Source: Promethearchaeota archaeon (GTDB taxonomy: Archaea; Asgardarchaeota; Lokiarchaeia; Sigyniarchaeales; Promethearchaeaceae). From it: a stretch of DNA of 32,000 nt. Shown one piece after another: positions 26,375 through 32,000 of this stretch. A program made the translations under genes and the position numbers. The notes below the pieces were generated by a model. The model searched no databases. It was not told the origin of the DNA and saw nothing but the letters and a program-made list of their open reading frames with translations. The stretch lies in NCBI GenBank assembly GCA_016933055.1, contig JAFGBS010000034.1, forward strand, positions 1-32,000, given 5' to 3'. How positions within the stretch are numbered: position 1 is the stretch's first letter; every line of letters starts with the position of its first letter.

Positions 26375-27502
26375 ATGAAACAAATCGATGAACATGGATT
26401 GGAAATGCCGGGAGATCAAATCATCCAGAATCCAGAATTTGGAAAGAAGATTTTGAAAAAAATTCATACCATCAGCGCTGATTTGATACACCCGGTGAAA
26501 CTAATGCATGTATGTGGAACGCACGAACATACTTTAGCTGAATATGGATTACGTTCCCCTAATATCATCCCTAAGAACGTAGAGATAATCTCCGGTCCGG
26601 GATGTCCTGTTTGTGTCTGTCCAGCAGAGGATATAGATCGAGCAATTGAACTCACTAAAAATCAAGATATAATTCTTACTACCTTTGGGGACATGATTCG
26701 AGTGCCCTCCACCCACAGTTCACTTTCTCGGGAAAAAGCTAAAGGTGCAGATATTAGGATTGTTTATGGACCAGCGGATGCTATTAAAATTGCTCAAGAT
26801 AATCCAAATAAAGAAATTGTGTTTTTTGCAATTGGATTCGAGACCACAGCTCCCTTACTTGCATTAGAATTAGCCAATAATCCTCCTTCTAATTTTACCG
26901 TACTTTCTGCTCACAAATTGATACCTCCAGCCATGGAACTCATGATAAGTCTTCCCGATTTCAAATTGGATGGGTTTATTTGTCCCGGACATGTTGCAAC
27001 GATTATTGGTATGAAACCATTTATCCAATTTTCTGAAAAACATAATTTTCCTAATGTTATCGCAGGATTTGAACCCAATGATATGCTTTTAGGGATTTAT
27101 ATTCTTCTAACTCAAATCAAAAACCGCGAAACCTACGCAATCAACGAGTATACACGTGTTGTTCGACCGCAAGGAAATCAAGTAGCCCAAGAGTTTATGA
27201 AAGAGGTATACGGGTGTACAGATTCGAAATGGAGGGGGATTGGGCTTATACCCAATAGTGGTTTAGAATTAAAAGAAAAATATCAGCAATACGATGCATT
27301 AAAGCGATTCGAAATTCCCCTCCTTAACAGTCAAGATATTCCTAAGGGATGTTCATGTCATTTAGTGTTAGTGGGCAAAAAGAAACCAGAACAATGTCCG
27401 CTGTTCGCAAAAAAATGTACACCTATAAATCCAGTGGGTCCATGTATGGTAGGAAATGAGGGAAGCTGTAGAATATCTTATATGTACCGATCTCGACAAT
27501 AA
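26375..27502 (+). CDS. hypD: Hydrogenase maturation protein HypD
   Basis: MHVCGTHEH, SGPGCPVCV, GFETTAP, CPGHV, C-terminal CSC...CPLF...CTPINPVGPCMV...GSC. Confidence 0.97.
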   Translation: MKQIDEHGLEMPGDQIIQNPEFGKKILKKIHTISADLIHPVKLMHVCGTHEHTLAEYGLRSPNIIPKNVEIISGPGCPVCVCPAEDIDRAIELTKNQDIILTTFGDMIRVPSTHSSLSREKAKGADIRIVYGPADAIKIAQDNPNKEIVFFAIGFETTAPLLALELANNPPSNFTVLSAHKLIPPAMELMISLPDFKLDGFICPGHVATIIGMKPFIQFSEKHNFPNVIAGFEPNDMLLGIYILLTQIKNRETYAINEYTRVVRPQGNQVAQEFMKEVYGCTDSKWRGIGLIPNSGLELKEKYQQYDALKRFEIPLLNSQDIPKGCSCHLVLVGKKKPEQCPLFAKKCTPINPVGPCMVGNEGSCRISYMYRSRQ

Positions 27503-27620
27503 AAATCAATGCTTGCAAGAGTATAAAACACTATAATAAAGTTTTTTAGTCTAAAGCAGTCTTAATTATTCGTAAGAGAACAAAAAACAAGAAGTAGAGA
27601 GGTTTTCAAAACGCAACTAC

Positions 27621-28531
27621 ATGAAGAAATAGATGCTTCTAAAATCCTATTCACTGGTCTTGATTCTGCCGGAAAAACAAGCATAATTTTAGCTTTACAG
27701 CGAGAATTCTCACAAATTGCGACTTTACATCCAACTAGGCAAGCTCAACGGAAAATTTTCGAGTTTTTAAGTCACAAAATTGCCGAATGGGATCTCGGTG
27801 GACAGTATAATTATCGGATTTCATATTTAAAAGCGCCCAGCAAATATTTTGATAAAACCAGTGTGTGTATTTACGTAATTGATGTACAAGATGAAAGCAG
27901 AATAGAGGAAAGTCTATCCTATCTTAAAGATGTGGTAGACGAGTTCCGTAAGCTCGAAATTAATCCACCAATTTACATTTTTCTCCATAAATTAGATCCT
28001 ACCTTAAAAAAGAAAAAGCCCATAGAAACTGAAAAACGCAATTTGGATATCCGTAATAAAGCCTTAGAAATAATTGGTGATATTCATGTTGTGGAATTCT
28101 TTAAAACCTCTATTTACGATTTGTGGACGGTAATGACTGCTTTTTCCAAAATTCTGTTGGCAATCTATCCCCAATCCGAACTCATTGATAAGACCATCAA
28201 GGAATTTGCTGAAATGAATAATGCGAAGGCAATTATAGTTCTTGATTCAAATAGTTTGATTATTGGCCAGCATTTCGATAATGATGAAGCAATGACCATT
28301 CTCGAGCATGCTACCCCTTACTTTCTAACACTAAATGATTCTTTTAGTGGAGTAGACGAATCCAAGAAAATGATTGTTGAGCGTGGAGGGATGGTGTATT
28401 TTTTTGACGAAATCAAACTTGAAAAAGGAATTAAACCTTTATTTCTCCTCATTATGAAAGAAGAAAACAATTTTGATGACCAAAAAATCAGGACGTTTAT
28501 GAATATATTTCGGGATTTGATTATCCCTTAA
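27621..28531 (+). CDS. Rag/Arf-like small GTPase with C-terminal roadblock/longin-type domain; true start upstream of the ORF-track call
   Basis: Frame open from 27566: KILFTGLDSAGKTS (G1), HPT (G2), WDLGGQ (G3), HKLD (G4), TSI (G5), then AIIVLDSNSLIIG. No in-frame ATG/GTG/TTG precedes G1; an out-of-frame ATG sits at 27621. Confidence 0.85.
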
Positions 28532-28650
28532 TTGATTCTTTTTCACACAGTTGAAATAAATACGACAATTATTCTTGTTCGATAAAATTATATGAGTTAA
28601 TTTTTTCAATAATATTATCAATAAAGAAGGGGACAAAAGGAGAAATTTAG

Positions 28651-29742
28651 ATGCGAATTTGCACAAATTGCGGAACTACGAATCCCGATAGTACAGGGGC
28701 ATGTAAAAAATGCGGCTCACCTATAAAACCAGTGAATTCAGTTGTAGTAAGAACCAACTACCGTAAAACTAATAAAACAAATCAGAAGACAGAACAACAC
28801 AATGATTTCAATCCAGTTCAACAGCAAATAAATAACCCCAAACATGATCTACCTTCCCAAATGTCCTCAGCTAATACTCCTAAAATCACAAATTTGGAAT
28901 ATAAATTTCATTCCCCAAAAGTGGCGGAAAAAAAGTCCTCAAACCAATCAGGACTTCCTTTGGAACCTATTCCCCCAACTCCAACAGAAAATTTTGTCAT
29001 TCCTCGACCTATCATTCCGAAAAAAAGTAATTATGACAATAGTTCCCCAAGAGAGGAAAACAGCCCCATTGTTTTGTCTAACAAGACCATACAAAACACA
29101 GATCTACAGGCAATTCCTCAAAATTTGCACAGGGAACAAACTCAAAGGGAAAATAGAAGTTCCTATTCAAATCCAATAGATTCCTCTAACCAAATTCCAA
29201 TTATGGCTTTTAGCACTCAATCCATTCAATCACAGCAAATCGAACAAGAAATGACCAGCATTATGGATAGCTTAAGGGTGTCTCCATTACCGAAATCTTC
29301 CTCAAATAAAAAGGGGCATTCTCAAGAAGACGATTCCAAGCTTGATACCACCATTCCAAACTCACTGGATGACATCCTAATAAACCTATCTCAATTGGAT
29401 TTGAATATTGAAGCATCCGCATTGGTTAATGTGGATGGAAACATTATTGCATCTGCTATTTCTGAACGAATAGATGATTTTCTAATTTCCACAATCACTA
29501 ACACATTAGGAACAATTTCTCAAGACGTTATGGCTAGTTTGGAAAGTGGAGATGTTAAATTTGTGTCTATTTTTGCAACAAAAGGCATATTGTTTTTATC
29601 TCCCATCATGAAAAATCTGTTTCTTGTGTTGTATACAAGTTCAGATGCAAAAATAGGCTTGATTAACCTAGCTCGAATGGTAGTAAAGAAGAAAATAGAA
29701 CTTTTTTATGCAAAGCGAAATCTTCGAAAATCACCAGTCTAA
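28651..29742 (+). CDS. Zn ribbon - long low-complexity linker - roadblock/LC7 (MglB/LAMTOR-like) protein
   Basis: CTNCG...CKKCG; ~210 aa rich in S/N/Q/P; C-terminal NIEASALVNVDGNIIASAIS...LFLVLYTSSDAKIGLI. Confidence 0.82.
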   Translation: MRICTNCGTTNPDSTGACKKCGSPIKPVNSVVVRTNYRKTNKTNQKTEQHNDFNPVQQQINNPKHDLPSQMSSANTPKITNLEYKFHSPKVAEKKSSNQSGLPLEPIPPTPTENFVIPRPIIPKKSNYDNSSPREENSPIVLSNKTIQNTDLQAIPQNLHREQTQRENRSSYSNPIDSSNQIPIMAFSTQSIQSQQIEQEMTSIMDSLRVSPLPKSSSNKKGHSQEDDSKLDTTIPNSLDDILINLSQLDLNIEASALVNVDGNIIASAISERIDDFLISTITNTLGTISQDVMASLESGDVKFVSIFATKGILFLSPIMKNLFLVLYTSSDAKIGLINLARMVVKKKIELFYAKRNLRKSPV

Positions 29743-29795
29743 TCCTTTTAGGTTTAATTATCAATATAGATCAAAACACTTCCGACGGATTTGGG

Positions 29796-31160
29796 ATGAT
29801 AGAGCAGGCACATAAGGATTCATTTTTCTACATCGTAACATTCAGCATGTTTTCTGATGTAAAAGGTCCCGTTCCCATATACTGTTATCCGGATTCCGTA
29901 AATATTGATACCCAAGTAGAAATTGCAATGAAATCAGTTTCATTATTAATGGGCGAGGCGGTTTATCAAGCAGGTTTGTCTGATGATCTGAAATATTTTG
30001 GAATACTTCCATTTCCCGAGTTAAATTATATTGGATTAACCTATTTTTTTCTTATACCCGATGAACTGGCGCGAGGGAAATCGAAGGCAGCAACTGCAAC
30101 TCTGGTATTAAAAGAAACAGATGACCATTTCCTTTATAATAATATCCACATACTTCGCATTTTATTTGATAATGCTAGGTTAACCCTAAGAAAAAACCAC
30201 GAACTATCAACCATTAAAGAAACCATTGAGGACCTACGACAAAATATACTAAAAATATGGGATTATAATCAAAAGAATTCTAATTCAAACCAATTGAAAA
30301 TTGTATGCACCGGATTAGATAATGCGGGGAAAACAAGTTATATCGAGATAATTAATTCTGAATTTTCAGAATTGTTGAATGTTGCCCCAAATGAGCAAAA
30401 CTCAAAACATACAGTTTCCCTCATTAAATGGGATTATAAACCAAAGGAAAAATATCATAAATCGTACTTCGAAAATGCGAATTTATATCTATATAACGTT
30501 GACGTGTTGATGTATCTTATTGATGCTCAAAATCCTGACAGATTTGAGGAATCCATGGATCTTTTAAGTAGAATTTTCCATACTCTAGATAAATTAAAGG
30601 TCCATCCTGAAATCCAAATAATTCTGCATAAATTTGATCCAAATATTAATTCTTCCATCAGCAGCAAGATTAACCAATTCAAGAGAACGATATCACAGAT
30701 TCATTCGAATTGGTCCTTACAATTTTTTTACACATCAAAATATGATTCTAATTCGATTAAAAAGAGTTTTATTCATGCAATATCTATTTTTACTTCTGAA
30801 AAGGAACCGTTTTCATCATTAATCCAGCGATTCGTGCGAAAAGTAGATGGTCATTCCGGTACATTTTTAACGCAATATGGTTTGGTGTTGGGTAAATATA
30901 GTAAAACTTCTGAATGGGAGCATTTAACTTGGAATTTAAAAGATGATTTATTCAATATGTTTCAACATAGTGAAGATTTACAAATTCCCTATCTAAAGAT
31001 CCAATTTAATGGTATTACCCTATATTATTATAAAATCCAAATCAATTCTCATGAATTCCATCTAGTATTTGACTCCCCAAAGGATAGGAAAAAAATAAGA
31101 AAAAATATCGATCTTTTCATTACCCAAACCACTCCTCTTGTCCAAGACAATCTAGATTAA
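29796..31160 (+). CDS. Longin/uDENN-like - degenerate Rag-like GTPase - roadblock/longin fusion
   Basis: FSDVKGP and PDELARG in the N-terminal domain; GLDNAGKTS, HKFD and TSKY retained; G2/G3 read PN and WDYKPK; C-terminal GTFLTQYGLVLG domain. Confidence 0.78.
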   Translation: MIEQAHKDSFFYIVTFSMFSDVKGPVPIYCYPDSVNIDTQVEIAMKSVSLLMGEAVYQAGLSDDLKYFGILPFPELNYIGLTYFFLIPDELARGKSKAATATLVLKETDDHFLYNNIHILRILFDNARLTLRKNHELSTIKETIEDLRQNILKIWDYNQKNSNSNQLKIVCTGLDNAGKTSYIEIINSEFSELLNVAPNEQNSKHTVSLIKWDYKPKEKYHKSYFENANLYLYNVDVLMYLIDAQNPDRFEESMDLLSRIFHTLDKLKVHPEIQIILHKFDPNINSSISSKINQFKRTISQIHSNWSLQFFYTSKYDSNSIKKSFIHAISIFTSEKEPFSSLIQRFVRKVDGHSGTFLTQYGLVLGKYSKTSEWEHLTWNLKDDLFNMFQHSEDLQIPYLKIQFNGITLYYYKIQINSHEFHLVFDSPKDRKKIRKNIDLFITQTTPLVQDNLD

Positions 31161-32000
31161 TCCTTTTTTTTAGACCGTTTGTGAATCATTCCAGTACTTA
31201 AAAGTGCTATAATTATTGAACACGCAACAATGAATGTCCCAGTGTGAAAAGGAATTGATTGAGGGGTTTTATAGTCTACTTCGAGATATGTAATATCTAT
31301 GGAGAGCGACCATCTGATATCGTTTGGATTCGAGGTTTTTATATATGGTATAAACCCCCACTCGACAACCGAGCCCTCTATCGATGGTTGAACTCCTCCC
31401 CCTAAATTTTCTCCAATGCAGACAGGAAGATGGATATAATCCATATAATTCCTATATTTTGGATTAGTCTGGGACCATGTTGGATCCATACTAATAAATC
31501 CATACCCCGGAATATAATATTCTACCCAAGCATGGCCTGGGATCGTGCCTATAGTTTCTCCGGAGGAAGTAGTTCCATAGTAGTAGGAAATTTGATATCC
31601 TGCTTCTTTTTTGGTAGCAAGGTAACCATCATCCATAATGACTAACCCGACAACTTTCCGAGCAGGGATTCCTTGGATTCGTAATAGTGTGGTAAATAAA
31701 GTTGAAAAATCACTGCAATCCCCTAATTTCAAAAGATAGGTTAAATAAGCTCCTCTAGAAACCGTTGCATCTTCATCATATTCAATATTTTTCGTAATCC
31801 AATCTAAAATTGCATCCACCTTATCAATAATCGAATTTTTGCCCTCGCAGAGACTGTTCGACAAACTAATTAAACTGGGGTTTTCCACTTGTAGATTATT
31901 CTCCGCCCCAGTTAGATTCTGATAGAGAGGATCAGTAGTATCATAAACCCCTTCATTTCTTTCTCTCAGTTTCCACAAGGTTTCTTTTAATGTAATCTCA
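31157..32000 (-). CDS. Transglutaminase-like (Cys-His-Asp) surface protein with C-terminal TM and basic tail; 5' part outside the window
   Basis: GDCSDFS, LLRIQGIPAR, GHAWVE, MDPTW; tail SIPFHTGTFIVACSIIIALLSTGMIHKRSKKKD; frame stays open to the window edge. Confidence 0.88.
   Translation of the reverse strand, partial: EITLKETLWKLRERNEGVYDTTDPLYQNLTGAENNLQVENPSLISLSNSLCEGKNSIIDKVDAILDWITKNIEYDEDATVSRGAYLTYLLKLGDCSDFSTLFTTLLRIQGIPARKVVGLVIMDDGYLATKKEAGYQISYYYGTTSSGETIGTIPGHAWVEYYIPGYGFISMDPTWSQTNPKYRNYMDYIHLPVCIGENLGGGVQPSIEGSVVEWGFIPYIKTSNPNDIRWSLSIDITYLEVDYKTPQSIPFHTGTFIVACSIIIALLSTGMIHKRSKKKD

Noticed and set aside
6240-31645. Remaining short ORF-track entries nested in or antisense to long genes (e.g. 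7810-8061, 13060-13326, 15074-15391, 26464-26655, 28844-29179)
   Set aside because: Shadow frames of well-supported genes with no independent motif or RBS evidence.
1-32000. CRISPR array, rRNA, IS transposase or integrase
   Set aside because: No regularly spaced 25-45-nt repeat series, no rRNA-like stretch and no DDE/HUH/tyrosine or serine recombinase motifs were seen. LRR and M23 periodicity is protein-level.

Overview
AT-rich archaeal chromosomal segment, most likely from an Asgard archaeon of Lokiarchaeia type. This is inferred from Rag/Arf-like GTPase-roadblock fusions, longin/uDENN-like domains, a 23-aa-repeat LRR protein and Loki-style Fn3-like repeats. Positions 1-~2830 look like part of an integrated mobile element. 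It has a wHTH / 39-aa / D5-type SF3 helicase operon, bracketed by a 37-bp imperfect direct repeat with a palindromic core, next to ~700 bp of densely structured non-coding DNA. A broken surface-protein gene follows. The middle carries metabolic genes: ldh, thiD, amidohydrolase + GPH-type MFS transporter, a multi-TM-anchored sialidase, a form IV RuBisCO-like protein, a PLP dehydratase, orphan HdrCB, an unassigned glycyl radical enzyme + activase, and hypD. A minus-strand run encodes a longin-like protein, a Mut7-C RNase, an LRR protein, a triple-M23 peptidase and a methyltransferase. The best candidate for a novel system is the three-gene cluster at 27.6-31.2 kb. It encodes an intact Rag-like GTPase-roadblock, a Zn-ribbon/disordered/roadblock protein, and a longin domain with a folliculin-like D-x-L-A-R-G motif fused to a switch-degenerate GTPase-roadblock. 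This may be a compact Rag-Ragulator-FLCN-like module. No rRNA, tRNA or CRISPR array was found. All assignments come from motif reading by eye; no searches were run.
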